DNA of 64,000 nucleotides from a virus (lineage: Duplodnaviria > Caudoviricetes), in the IMG/VR virus record IMGVR_UViG_3300020577_011395, positions 65,046 to 129,045 of that record; one strand, given 5' to 3'. A program made the translations under genes and the position numbers. How positions within the stretch are numbered: position 1 is the first letter of the stretch; every line of letters begins with the position of its first letter. The notes under the pieces are model-generated. The model was not told where the DNA came from. It did not search any database and worked only from the letters and a program-made list of their open reading frames with translations. Shown one piece after another: positions 9,729 through 19,176 of the stretch.

Positions 9729-10021
9729 CTTACTGTTTTGATCTAGACGGTACTCTATGTACAAATACAAATGGTAAATACGAGTTAGCCCAGCCGTTTT
9801 TTGATAGAATAAACGTAGTCAATCGACTATATAACGAAGGGCATAAAATACTTATAGACTCTGCTAGAGGCTCTACAACTGGCTTGGATTGGTTCGATTT
9901 TACAACAAAACAATTACAACTTTGGGGTATTTTGTACCATGCAGTGAGAGTCGGGCTGAAAGCAGAAGCAGATATATTTGTGGACGATAAAGCAATAAAT
10001 CATAACGATTTTTTTAAATAA
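9725..10021 (+). CDS. Minimal HAD-superfamily phosphatase
   Basis: FDLDGTLC motif I, SARG motif II, K..AD.FVDDKA motifs III/IV. Confidence 0.8.
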   Translation: MTYCFDLDGTLCTNTNGKYELAQPFFDRINVVNRLYNEGHKILIDSARGSTTGLDWFDFTTKQLQLWGILYHAVRVGLKAEADIFVDDKAINHNDFFK

Positions 10022-10033
10022 TTGGAGAATATA

Positions 10034-10219
10034 ATGGAAAATAAATTGAAGCTGTCAGACCAAGCGATAGCAGCACTAAATGTACTGTTTTTAAAATGTT
10101 TATTTACGCAACAAGATATTAGAGAGCTGCTGAAATCAGCTGATTTTGCAACTGTTGGGGATCTCATTGTTGTAACAAACCCAGAAGAACAATTAGCCAT
10201 ACCAGAAGAAGGAAACTAA
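10034..10219 (+). CDS. Hypothetical protein
   Basis: GGAG at 10024-10027 before ATG 10034; fills the gap between genes. Confidence 0.6.
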   Translation: MENKLKLSDQAIAALNVLFLKCLFTQQDIRELLKSADFATVGDLIVVTNPEEQLAIPEEGN

Positions 10220-10220
10220 A

Positions 10221-10481
10221 ATGCCAGCCTATGTTTACAAATGCAAAGAATGTCAAGAGACGTATAAAGTTGTTCATAGCATGACAGAATCTCTGCATGA
10301 TTGTGAACACTGCAATGGCGTTAAGACTCTCGAAAGAATCCCTTCTTTATTGACTTCTTATGACAAGCATAAAACTGAAAAGGATTTTGCTGGAGAAAGG
10401 GTAGCAAGGGCAATAGAAGACAACAGAAAGATATTGCTAGACCAGAAAGATGTGTTAAGAAACAAGGATTATAAGCCATGA
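10221..10481 (+). CDS. FmdB-family zinc-ribbon protein
   Basis: MPAYVYKCKEC...CEHC. Confidence 0.8.
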   Translation: MPAYVYKCKECQETYKVVHSMTESLHDCEHCNGVKTLERIPSLLTSYDKHKTEKDFAGERVARAIEDNRKILLDQKDVLRNKDYKP

Positions 10482-10810
10482 GCTTTATAATAACTTTTTT
10501 AATAGGCTCCGCACTGATTGCTTCTGTGGCAATAAATGTTATACTCGTATGGTATGTGAATAAATTAATGAGTCAGGTAAAAGCTGGTTTTGCTGGGGTT
10601 GATCAGTTCCAAGCATTACTAGAAGAATATGCTGGCTCTTTATCACAAATGCTTGAAATGGAACAATATTACGGCGATGATACTATGAAGGATGCTGTAA
10701 GAAATACTAAAATGATGATCGAAGCTAGCAAATTTTATAAAGATGCTATGCTAGAAGATATGGAAGAAACTCCAGAGGAAGATAAAATAGATGATACCAA
10801 CAAAAAGTAA
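10478..10810 (+). CDS. Hypothetical membrane-anchored protein
   Basis: N-terminal hydrophobic helix, acidic tail. Confidence 0.65.
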   Translation: MSFIITFLIGSALIASVAINVILVWYVNKLMSQVKAGFAGVDQFQALLEEYAGSLSQMLEMEQYYGDDTMKDAVRNTKMMIEASKFYKDAMLEDMEETPEEDKIDDTNKK

Positions 10811-11468
10811 TAATCAGTATTTTACAAAATTGCATGAAGACGCAATTCTAGAATACGCTTCTTCCTTGGATTTTAAAAGAAAGAGTTTTTTGTACGAAAC
10901 CTTAATACAACCAGCATTCGAGGAGATGGTAAATAAGATAGTTTTTACATATAAATTTAATACATTACCAAATATCGAAGACTTAAAAGATGAATGTAAA
11001 ACTTGGCTAACAACAATTTTAGATAAATTTGATACCTCAAAGGGTTCAAAAGCTTTCTCGTATTTCAGTGTTATTACAAAAAATTGGTTTATTCATAAGG
11101 TTAAAAAAAATAATAATAAAAAAGAAGTGTATCTAGAAGACATACTTGGAACTCCTGCTGAAGAAGAATTAGTTTATGAATCTTCTTATTTAAGCGATAG
11201 AGAGAAAAAAGAGTTTTTAGAAGAATTAGCTAAAGAAGTTGAGTCTTGGTCTACGAAAAAAATGAAAACTAATGAAGAAAAAGTTTTTAAAGCTGTACAA
11301 ATTTTATTTAAAGATTTAGATAATATAGAGATATTTAATAAAAAAGCTGTCTATTTATATCTAAGGGAGATAACTGGTCTTAATACTAAACAAATTGTTA
11401 ACAATTTAAAAAAGTTTAAAGTAAAATATACAACTTTTAAAAAGGAGTGGGACTCCGGGAATATTTAA
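10791..11468 (+). CDS. Phage sigma factor (T4 gp55-like late sigma)
   Basis: EDLKDEC...LDKFDTSKGSKAFSYFSVITKNWF resembles sigma region 2.2-2.4 (gp55 FD..K...FAYF..I); C-terminal HTH-like LREITGLNTKQI; placed at the head of the virion module. Confidence 0.68.
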   Translation: MIPTKSNNQYFTKLHEDAILEYASSLDFKRKSFLYETLIQPAFEEMVNKIVFTYKFNTLPNIEDLKDECKTWLTTILDKFDTSKGSKAFSYFSVITKNWFIHKVKKNNNKKEVYLEDILGTPAEEELVYESSYLSDREKKEFLEELAKEVESWSTKKMKTNEEKVFKAVQILFKDLDNIEIFNKKAVYLYLREITGLNTKQIVNNLKKFKVKYTTFKKEWDSGNI

Positions 11469-11470
11469 AT

Positions 11471-11770
11471 ATGTCAAAAAGTAGCAAATTAGAAGAGTAT
11501 TTGAAACAAGCAACTGAAAATATAGAAAATGATAGAAGTGCTGCTCATATCCTTTTAATGAAGATTATGACAGAAATTCAGAAACAACCGGACAAACATA
11601 TTCATAGCGAGCTTGGAGAAGTAGCTGCTAAATATCTAGAAACACTACAAAGATCAAATGAACAGCTTGTAAAAATTGCTGCAATCGTTCAAAAGACTGT
11701 AGGAAATACGAATGGTGGTCTTTCGGGCGAGGAAAAGGAAGAAATATTTGATGCTATAAAAGAGGGCTAA
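11471..11770 (+). CDS. Hypothetical helical protein
   Basis: Open frame after the sigma gene; ATG 11471 preferred. Confidence 0.6.
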   Translation: MSKSSKLEEYLKQATENIENDRSAAHILLMKIMTEIQKQPDKHIHSELGEVAAKYLETLQRSNEQLVKIAAIVQKTVGNTNGGLSGEEKEEIFDAIKEG

Positions 11771-11773
11771 CCA

Positions 11774-13003
11774 TTGGCAATCCTAAACAAATTAGGCAGT
11801 GGAAAAGTCCAAATAGCCTCCGAACAACCTGCAAATAAGTTTTCTGTTGACATGGACGTGCTTAGCACAGATCCTCATGTCGTCGCCAGAAAGCTTAATA
11901 TTGCAACTATAAATAAGCTTAATACTGTAGATAGTTATAAAAGCTATGGTGTGGTTAAGCTTGTTGTTGAAACAAAAACACCCCAAACAAACCTGAATAA
12001 GATTCTAGCAGCCAATACGTCAGCTACTGATAATATATTTGTTGAGTATATAGTTCAGCAGCTAGACTCTGCCCACGCTTCAATTCTTAGTGGGTTGAAC
12101 ACAGTAGAAGATATCTTCAAGAGCACGTCACTTTTGAGATGTAGTTCAAAGCTACCAAATAAGATATCTCCTGGTACTATTGTTGAAATTGATTTTTATA
12201 ATAGTGAAAAAGAGGAAGCATGTATTTCTGCCGTTTACGGTGAACTTGCACCTATTGTTCAAGATGACAAACAAAATTCTGCTGTAATGGCCTTTGAGCC
12301 AGATCCTTGTAATGATCAGTTAGTATCGCCATCTAGTGATTTTATAAATGATTCTTCTCTGCTAACTCAAAAGGAAGCACCAACTCCTAAGTTTTTAAAG
12401 CCTGAATGTTTGGTGAAAGAAGAACCAATAAAAAAATATATTCCTGAAGAAAATGGAAAAATATCAAAATATTATACATTAGAAAATTTAACAAAGTCGA
12501 ATACCGCCAAAAGACTTGGAATTCTAAACGATCCCGATGATGTTCAAAAGGAAAGACTAATATATCTTGCTAATATTGTGCTGGATAAAATTGCTGACAT
12601 CTATACAGCCGACTCTGTCTATATAACAAACTGCTTTAGATCTGATCCACTGAATAAAGCTATTAGAGGAGCACAAAATAGCCAGCATAAACTTGGAACC
12701 GCAGCGGACATAAAGATAATGGGGCTTACAGACGAAAATCTATTTGATGCTTTTGAGAATATTTCTAAATCAAATATACAGTTTGATCAATTAATATTTG
12801 AAAGTAACGGTAAATCTAGTTTTTGGTTTCATATTTCAATAGCCCATCCATCAACAGATGGCTTTACAGAGAATCGAGGTCAAGTTATAAGCTTTGGACC
12901 TTGGTCTTCAAAAAATGGCAAAAAAACATATTTAGAATATGATAGAAAAAATATTCAATTGTACCTATCAAATAATGATATATCGTTGACAGAGACAGCA
13001 TAA
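11774..13003 (+). CDS. Baseplate hub-associated protein with C-terminal peptidase M15 domain (gp5 lysozyme analogue)
   Basis: FRS..LN..I.G...SQH..G.AADI, FDQLIFE and WFHIS are M15 zinc-peptidase motifs; N-terminal PGTIVEIDF resembles the gp5 OB fold; TTG start. Confidence 0.75.
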   Translation: MAILNKLGSGKVQIASEQPANKFSVDMDVLSTDPHVVARKLNIATINKLNTVDSYKSYGVVKLVVETKTPQTNLNKILAANTSATDNIFVEYIVQQLDSAHASILSGLNTVEDIFKSTSLLRCSSKLPNKISPGTIVEIDFYNSEKEEACISAVYGELAPIVQDDKQNSAVMAFEPDPCNDQLVSPSSDFINDSSLLTQKEAPTPKFLKPECLVKEEPIKKYIPEENGKISKYYTLENLTKSNTAKRLGILNDPDDVQKERLIYLANIVLDKIADIYTADSVYITNCFRSDPLNKAIRGAQNSQHKLGTAADIKIMGLTDENLFDAFENISKSNIQFDQLIFESNGKSSFWFHISIAHPSTDGFTENRGQVISFGPWSSKNGKKTYLEYDRKNIQLYLSNNDISLTETA

Positions 13004-13932
13004 TGACAGATTATTTAAATAGCCCAAATCTTTCCGAAGATAACAAAAAAGCACTCGAAAACAATTCCGATAGCAATAAGCTACAGCAGTCTGGTATTGG
13101 CGATTCAGTTAAGAGAGAAGCTTACCCTTTAAGATTGAATACAGTGGCTGAAAAGCCATGGGTTGGGTTAAACAACTCTCACATTGTGCTTGGAAAGGAT
13201 AGGAAATCTGAAGCTTGGACAGGGTATGGTGGCAAGGGATACCCTGAGAGCGGTATGATACATCTAGTCGCTGGCCATTTTGGGGCTGGCCTTAAAGACT
13301 ATAAAGAAGACCCAAGAAATCCAGTAAGAGCAAACCCAAACTTTATGTTAGACTCCGCATATGTTTATATTTCACAAACTTCGGATATTGACGATTATTT
13401 AGAATTAAAACCAGGAACTATTGGAAATTCTGTAAAAAAAAGTGCAATTGCCATAAAAGCAGACGATGTTAGGATTATTGGCGAAAGAGGCATAAAGTTA
13501 GTAACAAGGCGCTTTTCGGAAGACTCTAAGAGGAGTAAGATTGCGCAACTCAAAGGCATAGATCTTATTGCTGGCAATGACGATAAAGACCTACAGCCAA
13601 TGCTTAAAGGTAATAACACAATACAAAGCCTAGACGAGATGACAAGCCTTTTGGAACAAACTTTGGAATGTTTAATGGAAATTTTATTTTATCAATCAGC
13701 TGCCAATGCTTCAATTGCAAACCATGAGCATATGACTGCTGTGCCAGGGAAGACAACTTTGCCTATCTCAGCAGAGCTTAAGGTGAATACACTTAAAGCA
13801 AACTACGTATTTGACGAAGTCAGTAATAAAAAATTAGATTCAATTAGAAAAAACCTAACGATCTTCAAACAAAACTACTTAAATAAATCGGGAGAAGATT
13901 ATATAGCTAGCAGATATAATAATACAAACTAA
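13003..13932 (+). CDS. Baseplate spike-like protein
   Basis: Beta-rich SAIAIKADDVRIIG..GIKL, QPMLKG and an HEH (HxH) tip motif; follows the hub gene. Confidence 0.55.
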   Translation: MTDYLNSPNLSEDNKKALENNSDSNKLQQSGIGDSVKREAYPLRLNTVAEKPWVGLNNSHIVLGKDRKSEAWTGYGGKGYPESGMIHLVAGHFGAGLKDYKEDPRNPVRANPNFMLDSAYVYISQTSDIDDYLELKPGTIGNSVKKSAIAIKADDVRIIGERGIKLVTRRFSEDSKRSKIAQLKGIDLIAGNDDKDLQPMLKGNNTIQSLDEMTSLLEQTLECLMEILFYQSAANASIANHEHMTAVPGKTTLPISAELKVNTLKANYVFDEVSNKKLDSIRKNLTIFKQNYLNKSGEDYIASRYNNTN

Positions 13933-13933
13933 A

Positions 13934-16900
13934 ATGGCAAATTTTGACTTTCAACAGATTATAGATAATCTTTCTTATGGACAAGAAGAATTTCCTTCTA
14001 ATCCTGTATTCCAACTTGATGCATCTTCAGACATTCTTTTAAATACTAATGACGAAGACGAAACCAATATTATAAAATATATAAATATTAATGAAGAATT
14101 TAACAAAAATCAATCATTATTTGCTTCTTTTGTTACTTCGTTAAGTATGACTGATAGAGAGTTTTTAGAAGCAGCAGCTGTATTTAGAAATATTTCTAGA
14201 GCGCCATTCAGTTTCTTGTATAATATACTGACAGGCAAGTCTTCTTTCATAAAAGAGGTAAAAGAAGTCCAATTTAATAATTCTTTCTTCAATGTTATAA
14301 GTTTTAATTCTGTTCGCTCAATAAAGGTTTTGGAGCAGGGACTTGGAAAAGGACTTTTATGGAGTAAAGTACAGTTTTTCGTTAACTCGCCAGACGGTCT
14401 TTCTATAAAACTAGAAGGATTTTGTTTAACTAGTAAAATAAAACAAATTACTATTTCAAATAAAAAAAGCATATCTAGCGAATATGGTTTATTAGTTAAA
14501 GTACAAGGTTCTAACCCAAATTTATTTTTAAATAACATAGTTTATAAACCAGTTTACTCACCAGAACTTATAGATAATATTTTATATAATAAAGAAATTT
14601 GTTCATATACCATTTTAACAGAAGTCGAATTAGAAGATTTTAATGGCGTATCAGAACAACAGGTGAAAACGCTCTTTTCTGAGGCTTATTCTAGGGCTAT
14701 TAAAAAGGTCTTAAAGTACACAAATAAAAAAACAGATAAAAACTTTGAAGAAGAATTCTACTGTTTTGGAAAAATACAAAATTATTATATTGGTACAAGA
14801 ATTGGTGAAAAACCAACAATTTTTGTTACTATCCCATGGAGAAATATAGAGGCAGTAGCAGAAGTTGATAATACACTTTTAGAGTCAGCAAGAGTATTTC
14901 TAAGGTCTGGAGAAGTCATAAATAATATTAGAAAATCTATTGAAGAAACCACAATTTTTGATATAAATACAGCTACTCCAAGCATTTTATCAGTACTTCC
15001 ACCATCGGAGAATTCTAATTTAAAATACGATTATGCAAAAATAATATCAGATAAAGTTTCTTCGTCTGGCGCGACAAAAGAATACGTTAGCCCTTCTGAA
15101 ATACAAAATATTCAAGGCAGAATTGTTCTTTTGCCGTTTGATGGGATTGAAGAATTACAAAACTATATTTTAACAGCTTCCGATTATTTGAGAGAATATA
15201 ATGAAAAGCTAGTACAAGAATTAGAGGATAATGAAGACTCAGAGTCTAAGATACGATTAAGTCTTTATTCAGAGTCCTTTGATTTGTTCTCATCGAGATT
15301 AAAACAATTATTAATTGATAACGCTGATGTTCTAAACAACACTAATTCTTTATCTATTCTTAATTTACAATTAATATTTGATGGGCCAAAACTAATAGAT
15401 ATTTATTTGATTGATGACACTAACGATGAACCTTTAAAACTTAATGGCTCTACAGATTTAGCAAGTTCTGAGCCTTGCAACGACCAAACTTTTTGTTTCT
15501 TTTTGACTAATATTAATAGCATTAATTCTATAAATACAGAAGAAAAAACTATTACTGATTTCCTATCAGAATATGTTTATCCGTCTGAGCTTTCTAGAAT
15601 CAGATATTCTCAAAATAGTTTTAATGAATTTAAACAGAAAGAATTGGATTGTTTAAAAGATTATGAAACTGCAGCAAAAGAAAGGCTAAAAGCCAATTCT
15701 AACGAATTTATTAATAATATAATATCAGAAGAGACAATAAAAAACCTTGAGACGAGTTTTAGTAAGAAAGAGTGGGAGAACGTCTTTGAAGAGCTTAAGA
15801 GAATTACTAACGAAAATATTGATGCGGCCATTGATCTTAGAACAATTAATTGGGATTTAATAATAGAAGAGCTGACAAAGTGTATAACAAGCGTTGAATT
15901 ACGTGACATTGTTATAATATTTCTTGATATTATCAAGAAATGGCAAGTCAATAAAATACCATTAGCCTGTCAGCTGCCGCCAGCACCAATACCAAGGTTT
16001 CCAGTTATCAGGTTGCCAAAAGCACCAAATTTACCTTCTATAGTTACAGCTTACTATACAAATTTTGCTGTTACAATAGTAAATTCTCGCAATGATTTAA
16101 TTCAAACTGTTATACGAGGTTTAATTGATTTAGCTAGCCTATGCCGTCTAAATATTGATCCTTCAGAAGTTGGAAAAACTAAGCCAGAAGACCTTTTAAG
16201 AGACTTTTCCGAGTCTAGCCTTGGGTTAGAAAGCCAACAAGAGGCGGATGAAGTTAAGTTAGTTATGGCATCGACAGCAGAAACATTAACAAAAAATGAA
16301 TTTATAACATTACTAGTTGGTACTGCTTCTAAAAATACATTAAAATTAGCAAAAACACAAATAAATAAACTTGAAAGCAACAAAGAAATAGTAGTATTGC
16401 CTTCTAAATTAGGCGATTATTTTGAAATAATAAATGAAACAAAAAAAACTTCTCTATCTGATATAAAAGTAAAAGATTTCTTTATGAAATTTATGCAATT
16501 TATTAAAACCGAAGAAATTAGTAATTTAAATGAACAACAATTAAGCAGTAATATAGAGTTGTTATGTTTAACCGACACTACAATAACAGATAATATCACA
16601 AAAGCTTTAAAAAACAAAGGGTTAAGCGAAGAACAAATTAACAAAGAATTAGAAAAAAGAGAAGAGCAAATAAAAAATATAGTTAACAGCTTTGCTAATT
16701 CACTTTCTGCTTTGGATAAAGGGATCGCTAGCGGCCCAGAGATTGTCTGTAAGGTTTTAGAGGACGGAACTAAAGTTCAGGGTTTAAATGATTCTCTTGG
16801 AGTACCAGATGCGTTTAGCATAAGCAAGAAAAATACACTTAATTCTTTATATAGTGGTTTTGATGATTCTTATAACAGCGACTTTAAGAGTTGGCTTAAC

Positions 16901-18787
16901 AATTTAACTAAAAAAGAAATTAGTACTAGTGGCGATGCTAGACAAAGCCAATCAACCGCTCAAAATATATTTCTTGGAGATTTTAATGTTTCTTGGGCGC
17001 AAAATCACAATTTATCGGATGATTTAAGGTTATTACAATCAATTGTTTGTCCTCCTTTAATATATGGCAGTGATAAATCAGATGATAACTTAGCAAAATA
17101 TTTTACAAAGTCTTCTAGAGCGTCTGTAATTGTTAACAGTTTTTTTAGAAAAAACGGTGACACTATAACTTCTATTGACACAAACACAGACTTCTCTTCT
17201 ATTAAACAAGCGGTTGGAATAGATTTTTCTAGAGATGGGGGAAGAGATCTAACTACTGATGATAAAAAAGTTCTTCAAGACGCAAATTCAATATATACTA
17301 AAAAGCTATCTTTTTCTAAAGAGAATATCAGCTTGCCTCTTACTGGTGATGGATTTGATTTCAATTTATTATTAGAAAGAACTGGTGAGCTAAGCAGATA
17401 TAATGATCTTTTGGTTGAGAAAAATTTATATCTGCGCTATAAAAATAGCAAAATTTTTGAACTTAAAAAAGACGAAAACCAAAAAAATGCTATTTCGGCA
17501 ATATTTTCTACTGATCTAAATCCAATACTTACTAAAAATGATAAGAAGTGTAATAAACTAGATAAAAGGCTAATTAATACTTCAGAAATTATAAATAAAG
17601 TAATCAACACCAATAACAATTGTAGTCAACCGCGTATTTCATTTGATGGTAAAAAGTTAGAAGATACGCCGGTAGATACAAATAATAAAAATGCCACCTT
17701 AGATTTATTCTTAAGATTGTATTCAATAGATTTTAACTTAAAATTATCACCTCTTTATTATTTTGTTCCGCTTGCTATTAATGATACTTTTCTATTTATA
17801 TGTTACGAATTGTTTAAAAAAGATATAACAATGATGTTTGGTAACACCTTTACAGAAAGTATAGTAAAAATGTTACAAGAATCTAATCTGGATAAGAACG
17901 ATTTTGTTGCATTTAAAAATAAATTTGCCTCAGAGCTAAAGAGTGTTAATAAAAAAATGTCTGAAATGTTTAAGGATGCAGGGCTTTCTTCTTCTGAGTC
18001 TGATAAGGTTTATGACAAAAATTTAACATCTTATTTGGATTTCTTGTATGAAACACTAGTGTTAAACAACCAAATTATAGCAAATGATGTTTTTATTAAT
18101 AATAATTTTTGTTTATTAAAAAGAGTCGATGGACAAGAAAAGACTATAGAACTAAGATTTTTTACAAATAATGTATATACTCCTACTGGCATTTCAAATT
18201 CTATTTTAATATATAACGCAAAAATAACCAGTACATATAATTTTAGACAAGACCAGAACTTAAAAAATGCTTTTTATACATTCTTCACTGTTTTTTATAA
18301 TGTTGATGAACTCTTAGCGTCTTTCCTTGGTGTAACTCTTGCTTCTCTGACAAGTATTAATAAAGTTAATAATTCATTTACTTCTTCCAAACAACAGTTA
18401 AAAAACGTTTTTGATATAATAGCAGCTGCATCCGACTATACAAAAACTTTCCAAGATAACGGATTTACTGCTCTTATGTCAAAATTAAAAGTTCTAATCG
18501 ATATACCAGATTTCTTTGTTACTTCATTAGCAGAAACAACTGATCCAAATGTCGCTCTTGCTTCTCCAATTTCTAAAGCGTATGAAATTGGAGCAATATT
18601 TGCTGAATTAGCAGGAGTTAAATTACCTCTTAAGAAATTACCATTAATTCTAACAAGTCCGGCAATTGCTCTATCTGGTATCCCTCCGTTGACACCACAA
18701 GGTTATATCTCTATTGCTTTGTCAGCCAAAGATTTAGCTATAGATACAGGAGAAAGCGTAACAAACGAAGACAAGGAGAAATGTTAA
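13934..18787 (+). CDS. Large (1617 aa) putative baseplate/virion protein
   Basis: Long ORF between the spike and gp25 genes; mostly helical with a Pro-rich hinge; no recognisable domain. Confidence 0.6.
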   Translation: MANFDFQQIIDNLSYGQEEFPSNPVFQLDASSDILLNTNDEDETNIIKYININEEFNKNQSLFASFVTSLSMTDREFLEAAAVFRNISRAPFSFLYNILTGKSSFIKEVKEVQFNNSFFNVISFNSVRSIKVLEQGLGKGLLWSKVQFFVNSPDGLSIKLEGFCLTSKIKQITISNKKSISSEYGLLVKVQGSNPNLFLNNIVYKPVYSPELIDNILYNKEICSYTILTEVELEDFNGVSEQQVKTLFSEAYSRAIKKVLKYTNKKTDKNFEEEFYCFGKIQNYYIGTRIGEKPTIFVTIPWRNIEAVAEVDNTLLESARVFLRSGEVINNIRKSIEETTIFDINTATPSILSVLPPSENSNLKYDYAKIISDKVSSSGATKEYVSPSEIQNIQGRIVLLPFDGIEELQNYILTASDYLREYNEKLVQELEDNEDSESKIRLSLYSESFDLFSSRLKQLLIDNADVLNNTNSLSILNLQLIFDGPKLIDIYLIDDTNDEPLKLNGSTDLASSEPCNDQTFCFFLTNINSINSINTEEKTITDFLSEYVYPSELSRIRYSQNSFNEFKQKELDCLKDYETAAKERLKANSNEFINNIISEETIKNLETSFSKKEWENVFEELKRITNENIDAAIDLRTINWDLIIEELTKCITSVELRDIVIIFLDIIKKWQVNKIPLACQLPPAPIPRFPVIRLPKAPNLPSIVTAYYTNFAVTIVNSRNDLIQTVIRGLIDLASLCRLNIDPSEVGKTKPEDLLRDFSESSLGLESQQEADEVKLVMASTAETLTKNEFITLLVGTASKNTLKLAKTQINKLESNKEIVVLPSKLGDYFEIINETKKTSLSDIKVKDFFMKFMQFIKTEEISNLNEQQLSSNIELLCLTDTTITDNITKALKNKGLSEEQINKELEKREEQIKNIVNSFANSLSALDKGIASGPEIVCKVLEDGTKVQGLNDSLGVPDAFSISKKNTLNSLYSGFDDSYNSDFKSWLNNLTKKEISTSGDARQSQSTAQNIFLGDFNVSWAQNHNLSDDLRLLQSIVCPPLIYGSDKSDDNLAKYFTKSSRASVIVNSFFRKNGDTITSIDTNTDFSSIKQAVGIDFSRDGGRDLTTDDKKVLQDANSIYTKKLSFSKENISLPLTGDGFDFNLLLERTGELSRYNDLLVEKNLYLRYKNSKIFELKKDENQKNAISAIFSTDLNPILTKNDKKCNKLDKRLINTSEIINKVINTNNNCSQPRISFDGKKLEDTPVDTNNKNATLDLFLRLYSIDFNLKLSPLYYFVPLAINDTFLFICYELFKKDITMMFGNTFTESIVKMLQESNLDKNDFVAFKNKFASELKSVNKKMSEMFKDAGLSSSESDKVYDKNLTSYLDFLYETLVLNNQIIANDVFINNNFCLLKRVDGQEKTIELRFFTNNVYTPTGISNSILIYNAKITSTYNFRQDQNLKNAFYTFFTVFYNVDELLASFLGVTLASLTSINKVNNSFTSSKQQLKNVFDIIAAASDYTKTFQDNGFTALMSKLKVLIDIPDFFVTSLAETTDPNVALASPISKAYEIGAIFAELAGVKLPLKKLPLILTSPAIALSGIPPLTPQGYISIALSAKDLAIDTGESVTNEDKEKC

Positions 18788-19168
18788 ATGGCAGGAATAG
18801 CACCAAAATTACCGTTATCAACAAGTAAAACTGATATTGGGTATGACTTAACCAGAAACTTGAAAGAAACCATACAGCAAAATTTTAAAAACCTACTTTT
18901 AACGAGTCCAGGAGAAAAGGTTTTTGATATAAACTTTGGTGTTGGAATAAGAAGATTCCTCTTTGAACAAAGTTCAGAACAGCTTGATGCAGACATAATG
19001 AATAGAATAAGTGAACAAACTGGCCGCTATATGCCTTTTATAAATATTCAAAAAATTAGTATAGATAGGAACTCAGATTATAACAGAGCTGGTATCTCAA
19101 TAGTATATAACGTGCCATCCGTTTCAGTAAGTAATATTTTATCACTTGATATCTCGTCAGCGAACTAA
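18788..19168 (+). CDS. Baseplate wedge subunit, gp25/GPW family
   Basis: IQQNFKNLLLTSPGEK.FD.NFGVGI..FLFE, YMPFINI. Confidence 0.9.
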   Translation: MAGIAPKLPLSTSKTDIGYDLTRNLKETIQQNFKNLLLTSPGEKVFDINFGVGIRRFLFEQSSEQLDADIMNRISEQTGRYMPFINIQKISIDRNSDYNRAGISIVYNVPSVSVSNILSLDISSAN

Positions 19169-19173
19169 TTATA
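19164..19173 (+). promoter_or_regulatory. Putative late promoter ACTAATTATA
   Basis: Motif recurs upstream of virion genes. Confidence 0.55.
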
Positions 19174-19176
19174 ACC

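Noticed and set aside
1-10021. Sugar cluster as host chromosome flanking a prophage
   Set aside because: Same strand, similar composition and tight packing continue into the phage genes; no integrase or att-like junction is seen.
11471-11770. Assignment as small terminase or gp33 co-activator
   Set aside because: Size and helicity fit either, but no diagnostic motif was recognisable; left as hypothetical.
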